A DNA stretch of 64,000 nucleotides from a virus. Lineage: Duplodnaviria > Caudoviricetes. This document shows positions 1 to 10,144 of this stretch, in pieces; the stretch's first letter is position 1, and every line of letters starts with the position of its first letter. Made by a program: the position numbers and the translations under genes. A model generated the notes under the pieces. That model was not told the origin of the DNA. It saw nothing but the letters and a program-made list of their open reading frames with translations, and did not search any database. Location: positions 75-64,074 of the IMG/VR virus record IMGVR_UViG_3300037225_000815; one strand, 5' to 3'.

Positions 1-2072
1 ACATCCCATGGTTCAGCATATACTCCCCTGTATTTATCGTTGATCGTGACTATATCATTCTTCACAAATTCATCAAAGCACCGGTTGCCCCCGGACAATG
101 GGTTTATCATCTGGATCAGGGATGTGAGCCCAGCCTGGTCTGTATCCATTGTCCAGTTATTCACGAACGCATCAGCCTCTGCCACAGTTGGATGACCAAC
201 GAGGAATGACGCGAACACAAACGAATCGAGCTGCTTGCTATATGCCTGAAGGTTGATGAGTTCCGGTATCGCCTGGGGATGCAGGACTATGTCCATGTTC
301 GTGGACTTGTATGCAGTATCCGAGTACGTTATAAGCTTCCCAGTTCCGTCCACGTTGGCTACCAGGATCATCGGTGGTACGCCGTCAGGGATGAACGACG
401 GCCTATCAACATATCCAGGCGAAGCTTCACCGAACTTGACCATGTAAGTATTATCAGACGCCGATAATGGACTGCCGCTGTAGTCGGCATTCAGCGTCAG
501 CTGCGACTTGATTCCCATATCCTGCAGCATGTTGTTCGCGTGCAGATTGAAGCTCGTGTTGCCGGTATCGACCCTTGTATCAGTGTTATGGACGGTGAAC
601 TCGGAGCTATTCGATAGATCAGTATAAGCGTAGTCGACATCTACCGGATCCTGCTCGAATGAGACGCTTGTTGGGGAGACTGTCTTGGCCATGGAGTATA
701 GGTCTGAACCGCTGAACGGACGTATGGCCATCTCCTCGTCTGTCTTGTGTAGGATACTCCTGACAAGACTTGTGAGCATGGAGTTCCGGTCCGCTGGTAA
801 TAGAGATGTTCCATGGTAGATGTGGGGAACCAGCGTGGGATCCAGTATGGATGTCGGCTGGTTGATATATGGGACGTTGAAATAGGCCGTCTGCAGATCC
901 TTCCCTGGCTGGTATAGGATTCCGTCCAAGCCAGTCTCGGCATACTGGACAGTTATCCTCTGTGGAGCCTTCGGTGTTATGCCTACGTTGAGCTGCGATG
1001 GTTGCTTATCCGTCATGAATACAGCTAGGTTCAAGGGTGTCGGATCCGTCGTGTTCGGAAGGAAGGAGACGTTCTTAACTGTGTTCTGGCTATCGACCGC
1101 GACGAAGCCAACCGGGAACCTACCGTCTATGGCCTGGTTCGAAGACGTGATGGGTTGCATCTGGAACGGCGTGCGCTTGGATAGGTCTATCCACGGATCA
1201 ATGATATCCTGCTGGTAGTACTTCTCCATGAGGGTCTTAAGATAGTCCAGGAACGCCCTGGGCGTCGGCTGGAATGGCTTGAATCCGTTGACGTCGAATC
1301 CCGGATCCTGACGGATGTTGAGCATAGGCTGGTCAATATCCCTGGCGATGAACGTGTATATCTCCTGGACAGGAGTCCCATCGTTTGCCAGGCTGGTCTC
1401 GACGTTCAGGACCTTGATGTCCACGATCGAGTGCATCGTATAGTTGGAGCTGTTGGGATTGCCATAGACGATCAGCATATCGAAGTATCTCTTGCGCAGC
1501 GCGTTACGGAGGGTATCCGGGCTCATTGGATCGTTCGCTGCCCCGCCGTTCTTGCCCTGCCAGATGTACTCCTTCATCCTACGCTTGACCTGGTCAATCT
1601 CATCGGCAGTCACACCAGCTGCGTTCCTGTCGAATATGACGCGGTCCATGACTGTCCGGTCCCGGGTGAACTGCACGTCCCCGTACTGGTTGATACCGTA
1701 CTTGGTGTCAAGTCCGGGCTGTCCCAGCTTGGGCGTCTGCTCAATGCTATAGTTGCCCTGGGCCAACGGCGCCAGGTTGGTACCGGTAACGTTGTTGATC
1801 ATCTTGTCGCCCTTGAGCAGTATGTACTCAAGGTAGCCGGTCATCTTATAGTTGAGGACGAGCTTGCCCTCTACCCTGAAGACTCCGGGAGCGATATCAT
1901 TGAATAGTTCATTGTTATATGCATATAATGGCGCGGAGTTGATGACTGCATTCCAGCCAAGCATGGCAACTTCATCGACGTAGACGTTGTTTATGAAGAC
2001 GTCGACATTGGCGCCAGTATAGTATGTCTCGAAGTCCTCTTGGAGGAGATCTTCTATCTTCTTCATTGCCAT
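1..2072 (-). CDS. Virion structural protein with N-terminal tail-tube-like domain; runs off the window start
   Basis: ATG at 2072. Translation begins MAMKKIEDLLQEDFETYYTGANVDVFINNVYVDEV...APLYAYNNELFNDIAPGVFRVEGKLVLNY, which resembles the two adjacent tube-like proteins. The frame is still open at position 3; it is absent from the ORF track because it has no stop in the window. Confidence 0.7.
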   Translation of the reverse strand, partial: MAMKKIEDLLQEDFETYYTGANVDVFINNVYVDEVAMLGWNAVINSAPLYAYNNELFNDIAPGVFRVEGKLVLNYKMTGYLEYILLKGDKMINNVTGTNLAPLAQGNYSIEQTPKLGQPGLDTKYGINQYGDVQFTRDRTVMDRVIFDRNAAGVTADEIDQVKRRMKEYIWQGKNGGAANDPMSPDTLRNALRKRYFDMLIVYGNPNSSNYTMHSIVDIKVLNVETSLANDGTPVQEIYTFIARDIDQPMLNIRQDPGFDVNGFKPFQPTPRAFLDYLKTLMEKYYQQDIIDPWIDLSKRTPFQMQPITSSNQAIDGRFPVGFVAVDSQNTVKNVSFLPNTTDPTPLNLAVFMTDKQPSQLNVGITPKAPQRITVQYAETGLDGILYQPGKDLQTAYFNVPYINQPTSILDPTLVPHIYHGTSLLPADRNSMLTSLVRSILHKTDEEMAIRPFSGSDLYSMAKTVSPTSVSFEQDPVDVDYAYTDLSNSSEFTVHNTDTRVDTGNTSFNLHANNMLQDMGIKSQLTLNADYSGSPLSASDNTYMVKFGEASPGYVDRPSFIPDGVPPMILVANVDGTGKLITYSDTAYKSTNMDIVLHPQAIPELINLQAYSKQLDSFVFASFLVGHPTVAEADAFVNNWTMDTDQAGLTSLIQMINPLSGGNRCFDEFVKNDIVTINDKYRGVYAEPWD

Positions 2073-2082
2073 CTGTTCTTCC

Positions 2083-3402
2083 TTATTGCGATTGGTTCGA
2101 GGACTGGTTCCTTGCTATATCAGTCCGTGCCACTCCGCGAAGGCCCAGTCCCCACTTCTCAGTCGTATTCCTGCGCTGGGTCATGTAGTCGACCTGTTGC
2201 ATGACCCCCATCAGCTCGTTGTACATCGTGGCAACTTCGAACGGGCTACGGTTCATGCTCATACCGTTAAGGACCCTATTCCTCATCATCAGATATTCGT
2301 TGTCGTTTACCTCGATCGTCGATCCTATCACATTACCCTTTGCGTCTGTCTTTACTGACCTGGTCGCGCGGAGGGGAGTGATATCCAGGGCTATGTACGT
2401 ATACTGGACTTCCATGATTGAGTCCGACATCGAGATGACCTGGCCCATATCCGTCAGCTTGATCCCATAGATGCTCATAGCCGATGCATCCCCATATTCG
2501 TTCTGGAACGTCAGGACAATGTCCATCAGTGGCAGCTGGTCAGGGAGCAGGAAAGGCTTGTAGAGGTCATGGGTGGATCGGATAGCATCTGTCTCTCCGG
2601 TATACAGCCCGGGCTGCATATCCATGAACGTGTCCTGCCTGGAAATGGTTGCTATGATGGAACCAGCAACTGTCCTATCCCCGTAGGCGAATCCCTTGGG
2701 TCCGGACCTTCCAAGCACCTTCACCGGGGCTACCGATGAGTGTAGGGAGTATGTCAGTGTCGTTACTGTGAATAATTCCGTTATGATGTTCGGCGTCATG
2801 ACGATGATCTGCATGTCCACGCCGGTATAGGTCGGCAGCTCGTTGTTTATCATCTTGCCGTTCATGGCCACGAATTGGCCTGTGAGGTTGACTGCCTGTT
2901 CCTTGCTGATATCCGATCCGGCTGCGCTCAATGCCGACAGCGATGATCCGTCCAGGGCCTTCATTTCGGCATAGCTCAGGTCGACGAATATCTTGTCCAT
3001 ATTATTGACGTATATGTCAAGGTCTGTCTTTGGATTGAGCGTCTGGCCGAAGTTCACCAGGATCTGGAAGAGCTTGCGGATCTCCGTAGTCTGGCGGTCG
3101 AACGGCAACCCCTTCTGCAGGATAAGGGTCTTGTCGCTAGCCTCGTTGGTCATGAGAAGGATCTGGTTATTGATAGCCGTGGTCACGGCGTTGGCGTTTG
3201 ATGCCGCCATCCCTGCGACTATGAAACTAGTGACGTAACTCTTGTTTATTGACGTGGATGCAGTATTGGACGTAGTGGGAGCATACGCCTTGAAAGTGTT
3301 GATGATCGCTTCCCTATATCCCGCATTGTTGATCAACGCGTCGAAGTCACTAGGGTTATTGGCGCTCATCAGTGCTAGATTTAGCAGGCTCAGCTTAAGC
3401 AC
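2083..3402 (-). CDS. Tail-tube-like structural protein (paralogue)
   Basis: C-terminal half (TYTGVDM...LTYSLHSSVAPVKVLGRSGPKGFAYGDRTVAGSII...PDQLPLMDIVLTFQNEYG) aligns by eye with 3460..4191. Confidence 0.65.
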   Translation of the reverse strand: MLKLSLLNLALMSANNPSDFDALINNAGYREAIINTFKAYAPTTSNTASTSINKSYVTSFIVAGMAASNANAVTTAINNQILLMTNEASDKTLILQKGLPFDRQTTEIRKLFQILVNFGQTLNPKTDLDIYVNNMDKIFVDLSYAEMKALDGSSLSALSAAGSDISKEQAVNLTGQFVAMNGKMINNELPTYTGVDMQIIVMTPNIITELFTVTTLTYSLHSSVAPVKVLGRSGPKGFAYGDRTVAGSIIATISRQDTFMDMQPGLYTGETDAIRSTHDLYKPFLLPDQLPLMDIVLTFQNEYGDASAMSIYGIKLTDMGQVISMSDSIMEVQYTYIALDITPLRATRSVKTDAKGNVIGSTIEVNDNEYLMMRNRVLNGMSMNRSPFEVATMYNELMGVMQQVDYMTQRRNTTEKWGLGLRGVARTDIARNQSSNQSQ

Positions 3403-3418
3403 AGTTTGCTCCAGAAGT

Positions 3419-3449
3419 GAAAAGGGCGCCCATTAAGGCGCCCCTTTCC
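3419..3449 (-). terminator. Intrinsic terminator-like hairpin after the tube gene
   Basis: Minus strand GGGGCGCC-TTAAT-GGGCGCCC-TTTT, immediately after the 3460 stop. Confidence 0.7.
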
Positions 3450-3459
3450 GTGATGTGCC

Positions 3460-4191
3460 TTACACTCCGGTCTGACCGCTCAGGCCGGCCCAATTGATGT
3501 ACTGGTCTACAGTACCCCCGCTCGGGAACGGGAAGATGGTCGACGTGCCGGAAGCATTCGCGCCCATGCCGGTGTAGAAGTTGCCAGTAGTGGCGTTGAT
3601 GTTCTTGTCGCCGTCTGGCATCCAAGGAACCCATGCCGTCTTGGCTTTCGCCACGTACGTCATCTGTTCCTCATTGGTGATGTCGTCAACCGACAGACCC
3701 CCGCCTTCGTTCAGGATCTCGACGCCGACGATGGACATCCACGCGGACAGTCCATATTCGTTCTGGGCGATGAGAGTGATGTTGAAGGGCATGATCTGGT
3801 CGGCATATTCGGCATGCCTCTTGATGGTCTGGATACCGGTGCCTGATGTCAGGTCCTTCTGGTATGCCTGTGCCCAGTCCCACACGCTGACGTTCGTATC
3901 GATTGTTGCCGGCTCATGGATATGAGCGTAATAATCGAAACGGCCGCTGGTGTCGCGCATGATCTGATACAGCGCTGATCTGTCGAACAGCGTGAATATC
4001 ATGGAACCTGCGAGACCGCGCTTGCCGCGTGAGAAGCTGCGGGGATTGGCGGACCCGAATGTGTAGACGGGTGCCTTTTCCCTCGTCACAGAGTATGAAA
4101 CGCCCTGTAACGTGGCGATGACCGTGTCAGCCACAACTGCGAGGATATCGATCCCCGAGAAAGAGCTATATGCACTTGTGTCAACTGCCAT
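3460..4191 (-). CDS. Major tail tube protein (putative)
   Basis: Directly downstream of the sheath, AAGGAG SD, followed by a terminator. Tube-like pattern SFSGIDI...LQGVSYSVTREKAPVYTFG...RGKRGLAGSMIF. Confidence 0.7.
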   Translation of the reverse strand: MAVDTSAYSSFSGIDILAVVADTVIATLQGVSYSVTREKAPVYTFGSANPRSFSRGKRGLAGSMIFTLFDRSALYQIMRDTSGRFDYYAHIHEPATIDTNVSVWDWAQAYQKDLTSGTGIQTIKRHAEYADQIMPFNITLIAQNEYGLSAWMSIVGVEILNEGGGLSVDDITNEEQMTYVAKAKTAWVPWMPDGDKNINATTGNFYTGMGANASGTSTIFPFPSGGTVDQYINWAGLSGQTGV

Positions 4192-4255
4192 GTTGTTCTC
4201 CTTGCTGGTTTATAGATCTATCCCGGGAGTCGTCCCCCGGGATGATTTGGGTTTC

Positions 4256-6703
4256 TTACTGACCGAGGCGCACCCTGGTCTCGAGGGCGATCTTCCTGAC
4301 TTCCACCGCCGTGGTGAGGAGCAGTTTGACCGTAGTCGTACCGGAGATTGCCGAGCCTGTCGGAGCGACCTGGACGTCAAGTGCCTGCAGTTTGGCAGGT
4401 GACATCGCCTGGAGCACGATCTTGGCAGTCGTTTCCATCGCCTGGCGGGTCGCGTTCGTATTGGGCTGTCCGATGAACGGATCGAGCACCTGACGGACTG
4501 CGTTGACCGCTTCGAAGATGATGTCGACGACATACTGGCGCGTGAACTGGGATGCTGGACGGGCCGCTGTCGGTGCGTCTGCGATGATGATCGAACCGTC
4601 GAACGCGTGGTTCGTGAACAGCGTGTAGCGCATGCCATTGACTGCGTTGATACGGTCGGATGTGATGATAGGATAGATGAGCCCGGTGATCCAGGTTGCA
4701 GGTACCCTCTTGTTGATCATCGCTGAGAGGTTGTCATGGGCGTACTTCATGGCCGCGAACACGTTTGCGGAGTTCGGGACGTAGGAGCGTCCGCCGAGAA
4801 CCTGAGGGAGCGATCCTACCATGTCGCCAGCAGTGACAACAAGGTGGAAATCGTCCACCGCATTCATCACATTGGCAGCGCGGGTAGTATCGACCGAGGA
4901 GACAGTCACGAGACTGTTGTACCAGTTCTCTTTCTCCGTGACCGAGGGGTTAGCCGGGTTGGTGGCAGAAAGGGGACGGGTGCTGATGATACCCTCGCAC
5001 TCAGAGACATACTGGGACTTCCGCTTGATGAAGTCAATGAGTTTGAGATGGAACTGGGCATTGGTCGTGACCGGCATTCCGGTCTCGTAGTCGATGCCTT
5101 CCATTGTATCATCGAGATAGACGCCCTGGGGAACGACGAGACGGCACGGGATGTTGTCGGCACCTGCGAACCCTTTGATGAGTTCGTTGTAGTACGCGGC
5201 AGTGGTCATCCTGCGGCCATCGTCTCCACCGGAGAGCTGTCCTGCCTGGACTTCCCCTGACTTCAGGCTTCCGCCCGTCACCATTGGGAGCTCAGGTTCG
5301 TAGAGGTATTCGACTGTGATTGTGTCACCGATCGCCGGGTAGTTGGGCGGGTTGACGAACTTGACGATGTTGTTGGCAGCGTCAGTTATCTGCACGTCCC
5401 CTGGGATGGTGAACTGGGTCTGAGTCGAGTAATCAAGTTCAAGACTGTAGACCTGCGCGGCTCCGAAAGTGATCGTGTTTCCAGCCACGAAGTAGCTGTA
5501 CCGATCTCCTGCCTGGATTCCGCTCCTGGTCTTGGATTCCGCGAAAGTGGTCGAGAACTTGTAGTTGGCGAAGTATACGTCGCCGACGTCGGCATCATCA
5601 CCATGGGGGTTGATGACTCCTGCGTTGATCGTCAAGGAAAGCCCGCTGATAGTGTAGTTGGCGCCGGACACTACCGTAGTCTGGCCATTCACTGCACTGG
5701 TGCGGTATAGGACGAAGTCCTTGAGGGTAGTGTTGTCTATCCCCGTGAGACCCGCTGTTCCTACGACGGTTGCGTTCTGGACTCCTGACTGGCCGGGAAC
5801 GACTGGTCCGATGAGGACCTCATTCTGGACAATGGAGTAGAACGATGTGATCGTATCAACGTTCACATCGGATACCTTCACCGGGGTCTGGGCGAGGATG
5901 GCGGAAGTAGTTCCGCCTGCCACGCTGGCAGAATCGGTATAGGAACCGTTGCTGAACACTGAAGTGAAGTTGAGGATATTGTCCCCAGCGCTGACTCCAG
6001 GATTGAGCTGATACGAGGTGTTGATCAGTGTGCTGCCGCTCGGAGATCCCGCCATCTGCGTTATCGTGATGTTATACGATCCTGCGATCACGTTTGGCGT
6101 GGCCTTCAGGACGGTATTGAGATCGCTATTCGCATTGATGGCCTGGGCAAGGGATGAGACCCTGCTATAGGCACCAGGGACGCTGCCGTCCATGGAAAGG
6201 TCGTAATCGACTGTTACGCCCGTGTTGGCATCTTCGATCTCCATCTTCACCGGCTCCCCGCTAGGATTGCCGATGACGGTTACGAAGATGTTATTGCCTG
6301 CCGGACCGTCTGCCTTGGCTTCGAACGATATCGAAGGGGTGTCGACCGAGTTGGAGAAGGGGGCGTATTCGCCGGAACCTCTCCTGGTCTCGTAGAGGGC
6401 AAGTGCCGCTCGTTTCGCCGCACCGATTCTGACTGCGATGACTTCAGCGTTCTGGATGGTCTGCTTGATCTCATAGAATCCCTTGACCAGCGACGTATTG
6501 TAGTACGGGTCGTTGGGCACTGTCCCGAACAGGTCGGTGATAGTTGATGTATCAACGCGGGTCGGGCTATAGAGATTCCCCTGAGTTGCTGTCCCGAAGA
6601 TGAGTATCGCATTCGGTGATGGCGGCACAGCCTGCTCTTTCACGTCCTCTTCAATGATGTTGGAGACAACGCTGTTTACATTGGGGTAAAGGTCTGTTGC
6701 CAT
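4256..6703 (-). CDS. Contractile tail sheath protein
   Basis: Start MATDLYPNV with GGAGG SD. Sheath-like N-terminus (ILIFGTATQG..P), LSGGDDG motif, and C-terminal VRQVLDPFIGQPN. Confidence 0.85.
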   Translation of the reverse strand: MATDLYPNVNSVVSNIIEEDVKEQAVPPSPNAILIFGTATQGNLYSPTRVDTSTITDLFGTVPNDPYYNTSLVKGFYEIKQTIQNAEVIAVRIGAAKRAALALYETRRGSGEYAPFSNSVDTPSISFEAKADGPAGNNIFVTVIGNPSGEPVKMEIEDANTGVTVDYDLSMDGSVPGAYSRVSSLAQAINANSDLNTVLKATPNVIAGSYNITITQMAGSPSGSTLINTSYQLNPGVSAGDNILNFTSVFSNGSYTDSASVAGGTTSAILAQTPVKVSDVNVDTITSFYSIVQNEVLIGPVVPGQSGVQNATVVGTAGLTGIDNTTLKDFVLYRTSAVNGQTTVVSGANYTISGLSLTINAGVINPHGDDADVGDVYFANYKFSTTFAESKTRSGIQAGDRYSYFVAGNTITFGAAQVYSLELDYSTQTQFTIPGDVQITDAANNIVKFVNPPNYPAIGDTITVEYLYEPELPMVTGGSLKSGEVQAGQLSGGDDGRRMTTAAYYNELIKGFAGADNIPCRLVVPQGVYLDDTMEGIDYETGMPVTTNAQFHLKLIDFIKRKSQYVSECEGIISTRPLSATNPANPSVTEKENWYNSLVTVSSVDTTRAANVMNAVDDFHLVVTAGDMVGSLPQVLGGRSYVPNSANVFAAMKYAHDNLSAMINKRVPATWITGLIYPIITSDRINAVNGMRYTLFTNHAFDGSIIIADAPTAARPASQFTRQYVVDIIFEAVNAVRQVLDPFIGQPNTNATRQAMETTAKIVLQAMSPAKLQALDVQVAPTGSAISGTTTVKLLLTTAVEVRKIALETRVRLGQ

Positions 6704-6740
6704 GTATGTCCTCCATATTAGGTTCTGTCTATTCTCAATC

Positions 6741-7421
6741 CTATCCGCCTGATGGAGCATTTATCGATTGGACATAGGATTGCCAAATATCAGCGACTTC
6801 CAGCTGGACGTCGTTGATAACTGTGTCCTCGCGATACCATAGATGCTCCGTTCTGACGTACATCTGGAACCCATGAACGTGATACAACGTCCTCGAGTTG
6901 AATCCAGGGATTGCACGTCCTCCATAGAGGATTCGGTTGATGCCGAGCCATTCAAGCCAGGGAGCATGAACTTCCAGCATGTTCTCCATTCTCATAGTCA
7001 GGTCATGAACTTGGTCCTCTGAAGGAGCGAAGCACTCGAACCTAACTATGTTATCATAGTACTTTCCCATGATGGTTACAATCTTGGTTGTACCGTCAGG
7101 GTTGGTTACTTTAATCTCCTCTCTGGGCTTTGCCCTCACATCCCTCGGGGAGCCGAACTGGTTCTCGCCTAGAGTACCGTTCTCCCGCCGGGGAATGCTG
7201 TAGACCACTATGTTCTGGGGCCGGGTCCCCAGCGTAGCCGAATTGATGGTGGTCTCGTCCATCACCACGTCGTTATAGTCTGTGGCATACAGTATCTTCT
7301 TCTCCTTGACCTGGTCATGGGGAAGCCGATTATTGTATGCTTCTATAATGAACCCCACAAGCTTGATGAAATCAGTGATCTCATAGTAGTACTTGCGGTG
7401 GTTCGCTACCTGTAGAAGCAT
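6741..7421 (-). CDS. Putative tail completion/neck protein
   Basis: Start MLLQVANH overlaps the upstream stop; lies between head and sheath genes. Function inferred from position. Confidence 0.45.
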   Translation of the reverse strand: MLLQVANHRKYYYEITDFIKLVGFIIEAYNNRLPHDQVKEKKILYATDYNDVVMDETTINSATLGTRPQNIVVYSIPRRENGTLGENQFGSPRDVRAKPREEIKVTNPDGTTKIVTIMGKYYDNIVRFECFAPSEDQVHDLTMRMENMLEVHAPWLEWLGINRILYGGRAIPGFNSRTLYHVHGFQMYVRTEHLWYREDTVINDVQLEVADIWQSYVQSINAPSGG

Positions 7422-7690
7422 TACTGCTCCTCGGGACTCTTGTGGTCCTTGATCATCTGTTTGAGGCCCCGGACGTTCGCCATGAACGCCTTCGGTTCCA
7501 CGAGCAGGCCATTCGAAGTATAGTCCAGAACCCACTTCGAGCGTTCATCGCAATCTTCGAGGATGAACCTGTAGATCTCGTGGCGCTTCTTCTCCGGGAT
7601 CTCTTCAACTCCTACGACCTTCATACCTTTGAATATGAGGGACGCGGCCAGCGTGATATCCGCTGTCTTGTATAGTCTCTTCTCGTTCAT
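7421..7690 (-). CDS. Small conserved phage protein (DUF5659-like)
   Basis: YKTADITLAASL motif; GGAG SD. Confidence 0.5.
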   Translation of the reverse strand: MNEKRLYKTADITLAASLIFKGMKVVGVEEIPEKKRHEIYRFILEDCDERSKWVLDYTSNGLLVEPKAFMANVRGLKQMIKDHKSPEEQ

Positions 7691-8241
7691 ATGTATCTCC
7701 ATTTCAATAGGCTAGCCAACGACGTATCCAGTGTCTGCGGATCGTGGATGGACTGGTCGTTGATCGCCGACTTGAGTACGACGTAACACCTCGTGTAGAT
7801 CAGCTTACCGTCCCTCTTGTAGTCCGGAAGCTTGATCTGGTGCTGATACAGGACGTGGGCCACTCTTGGCACCTTCGACCATTCTGCCTCAGCTATCTCG
7901 AATATGTTGTCCTCGCTCTTGGGCCGCACGTTGCTTGCCACGAAGAACGAGTCCGGGTAGTACGCTTCCACTCCCATATGAGTTGAAGGGTGTGGATCGA
8001 TGATCGGCTCGTATACTCTCCTGAGCCTTACGAGGTAATCCTTGTACTCCCATTGCGGACCATTGATCGCCTCGCCGGTCTGCGGATTCCACCATTTGCT
8101 CTTCTTAGTGAGATCGAAGGACCTCAGTATGCCCCAATGGCCCCATTCCCCGGTAAGCATGTACCGGAGCTCAGTCTCCATATCCCAGCCAGCAGCGCCC
8201 CCAAACGCCTCATTAAGGACGTCTGAAGACTTCGCTTGCAT
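7687..8241 (-). CDS. Putative head-tail joining protein
   Basis: Likely start MQAKSSD; in the neck module; overlaps its neighbours. Confidence 0.4.
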   Translation of the reverse strand: MQAKSSDVLNEAFGGAAGWDMETELRYMLTGEWGHWGILRSFDLTKKSKWWNPQTGEAINGPQWEYKDYLVRLRRVYEPIIDPHPSTHMGVEAYYPDSFFVASNVRPKSEDNIFEIAEAEWSKVPRVAHVLYQHQIKLPDYKRDGKLIYTRCYVVLKSAINDQSIHDPQTLDTSLASLLKWRYI

Positions 8242-9475
8242 ACCGCAGACTTCCGACCGATGGGATAAAGACGGCTCTGCGCGCGTTCGGGTACTTGCGC
8301 TGCGTTGCGTACTGGGATTTGACTCCAGTCGTAGCGCCTCGTGGGACACCCAAATTGCGTAATGCCTGGTCTATGCACAGATCGAGTTCTTCGAGGGGGC
8401 GATCAACTCGATATGAATCATAGGCAATGGTCAGGTCAGCCAGCTGCCTTGATGTGACACCGAAGAGTGCGCCGATCGTTATGCTCCGCGCAATCTCCTT
8501 CACTGTCAAGCATGTTGTCAGCTTCTGCACATCCCTGGACGGTTCTCCGGATATCCCCGGGATGGCTGTCGTATAGAGTACGTCATTTGATTCCTGCAAT
8601 ATATACCGGTCTATCAGCGTATCGGACAGCCCCTTTACAAGGAACCCTCCGCGCATCCTTACCTGATGCGGGGTCGTGAGATACGGATCAAACGGCGATG
8701 TGAAGGTAAACAGATAGTCCTCGGGAAGATGCATTGTAGCATCATTCTTCGAGGTAACCTTGTTGGCCTTCAGCTTGACCGTGTAAAGCGTATTCATGAA
8801 AAGGTCGCCACTCATCGGCCAGGATACGTAGTCATTCTGGACAACTGGTGTGCCTACGACAGGGACATCTACGGGAACACCGAGTGGATGGTCCAGTCTC
8901 TCGCTCGTGATCGACAGTGCATCCGCGGAAATCGACACGTTCTGGTCGAACCTAACCGTGATTTCGTTCAGCTGGCTCATCAGACGTGATTCGTCGATTG
9001 GATCCGTGGACATCACATTGACGAAGGCGATGTCGGGACCGATGTTGCCGTACTCGTTGATCGTGGTGGATCCCACGTCTATTACCGGCTGGACTACTAT
9101 GTCCAGGCTGCTCTTCGTGCCGGTTCCGAAGTTGATTATCTGGTTCTTGTCAAGAACGGACCCATCCTTGCTCTGTACTCCTGTCAGTATGCTATCCATG
9201 ACGTTGTAGTCACCGAATATCATCAGCTGGTAGGATGTACTGGGATTCAGTGATCCGCTCGGTTGAACCACGAATTGCTTGTCATTAAGGGGGTCGACTT
9301 GGACAGTGTAGTGGACGCCGGAATACCCTGGCATCCCATAGAGGCGGACTGTAGCTGGATTGACCGTCAAAGGTGCCAGTGACCGGTCAAAGGTTACAAC
9401 GATGTCAGCGTCGATCAGCACGTTGCTTTGCTGATCCATTGGGACGCTACCCATGAGTTGCATTACAGTTGCCAT
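8213..9475 (-). CDS. Ig-like (Big_5/SbsA-type) repeat virion protein, possible head-tail adaptor
   Basis: Two repeats of P..Q.NV....I.VTF / PIDE....ITVRFDQ, with L...T.Y.L and F.FT(T/S) motifs. Confidence 0.6.
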   Translation of the reverse strand: MATVMQLMGSVPMDQQSNVLIDADIVVTFDRSLAPLTVNPATVRLYGMPGYSGVHYTVQVDPLNDKQFVVQPSGSLNPSTSYQLMIFGDYNVMDSILTGVQSKDGSVLDKNQIINFGTGTKSSLDIVVQPVIDVGSTTINEYGNIGPDIAFVNVMSTDPIDESRLMSQLNEITVRFDQNVSISADALSITSERLDHPLGVPVDVPVVGTPVVQNDYVSWPMSGDLFMNTLYTVKLKANKVTSKNDATMHLPEDYLFTFTSPFDPYLTTPHQVRMRGGFLVKGLSDTLIDRYILQESNDVLYTTAIPGISGEPSRDVQKLTTCLTVKEIARSITIGALFGVTSRQLADLTIAYDSYRVDRPLEELDLCIDQALRNLGVPRGATTGVKSQYATQRKYPNARRAVFIPSVGSLRYASEVFRRP

Positions 9476-9485
9476 TAAGTCTTCC

Positions 9486-10067
9486 TTAGTTGTCCTTCAC
9501 TGTCGGTTCGAACACCGTGCCCCGAGCCAGCCCGTTCTCATCGACAGTTGCGTCGATCTTCCCGTCGGACTCGGTATATGTGGTCATAACGCGCACTTTC
9601 TCCAGTCTGCTTTTGAGTGCCGCAAGGATTGTCTCTCTCTTCTTGCGCACCGAATTCTTTCCGCTTGACTCAAGGGTGATTGCATGGGAAATGATCTCGG
9701 GATCGCCTATCTGCTCTATCGCCTTGAGCGCCTGTTCGGCTCCTAGTTTCACGAGCTTCGTGGCCTGGTCCATGGCCTTGAAGTTGTTGTCCTGCCTGTT
9801 GGTCACGTCGACCATTTCGACCTTGACTTCCGAGTGCAGGGGCGGCCCGTCGAGCTTCCGGAGCTCCCCGGTCCTGATGCTGTTCATGACGAGGTCATAA
9901 TTGACAGCGTCATCAAGAGCTACGAATCCGGTGGTCCTGGCCTTGCCTTTGTCGTTCGGGAATATCGAGAGACCGATGGAACCGTCGAATGACGACCACA
10001 TCGCGCGCCTCGAACCCAGAGTGAAATAGATGCCGGCTGACTGCTTCTCTTTGGCTTCTTTGGACAT
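9486..10067 (-). CDS. Hypothetical virion protein downstream of capsid
   Basis: ORF with AAGGAG SD in the head module. Confidence 0.55.
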   Translation of the reverse strand: MSKEAKEKQSAGIYFTLGSRRAMWSSFDGSIGLSIFPNDKGKARTTGFVALDDAVNYDLVMNSIRTGELRKLDGPPLHSEVKVEMVDVTNRQDNNFKAMDQATKLVKLGAEQALKAIEQIGDPEIISHAITLESSGKNSVRKKRETILAALKSRLEKVRVMTTYTESDGKIDATVDENGLARGTVFEPTVKDN

Positions 10068-10093
10068 ATCTTATCTCCTTTATTATAGCCATT

Positions 10094-10115
10094 GGGGGAG
10101 CATTGCTGCTCCCCC
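10094..10115 (-). terminator. GC-rich hairpin after the major capsid gene
   Basis: GGGGGAGCA-TTGC-TGCTCCCCC. The U-tract is weak on the minus strand, so it may only attenuate or stabilise. Confidence 0.5.
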
Positions 10116-10144
10116 TTTGACCGTTATTGTTACTCGACTGACGA

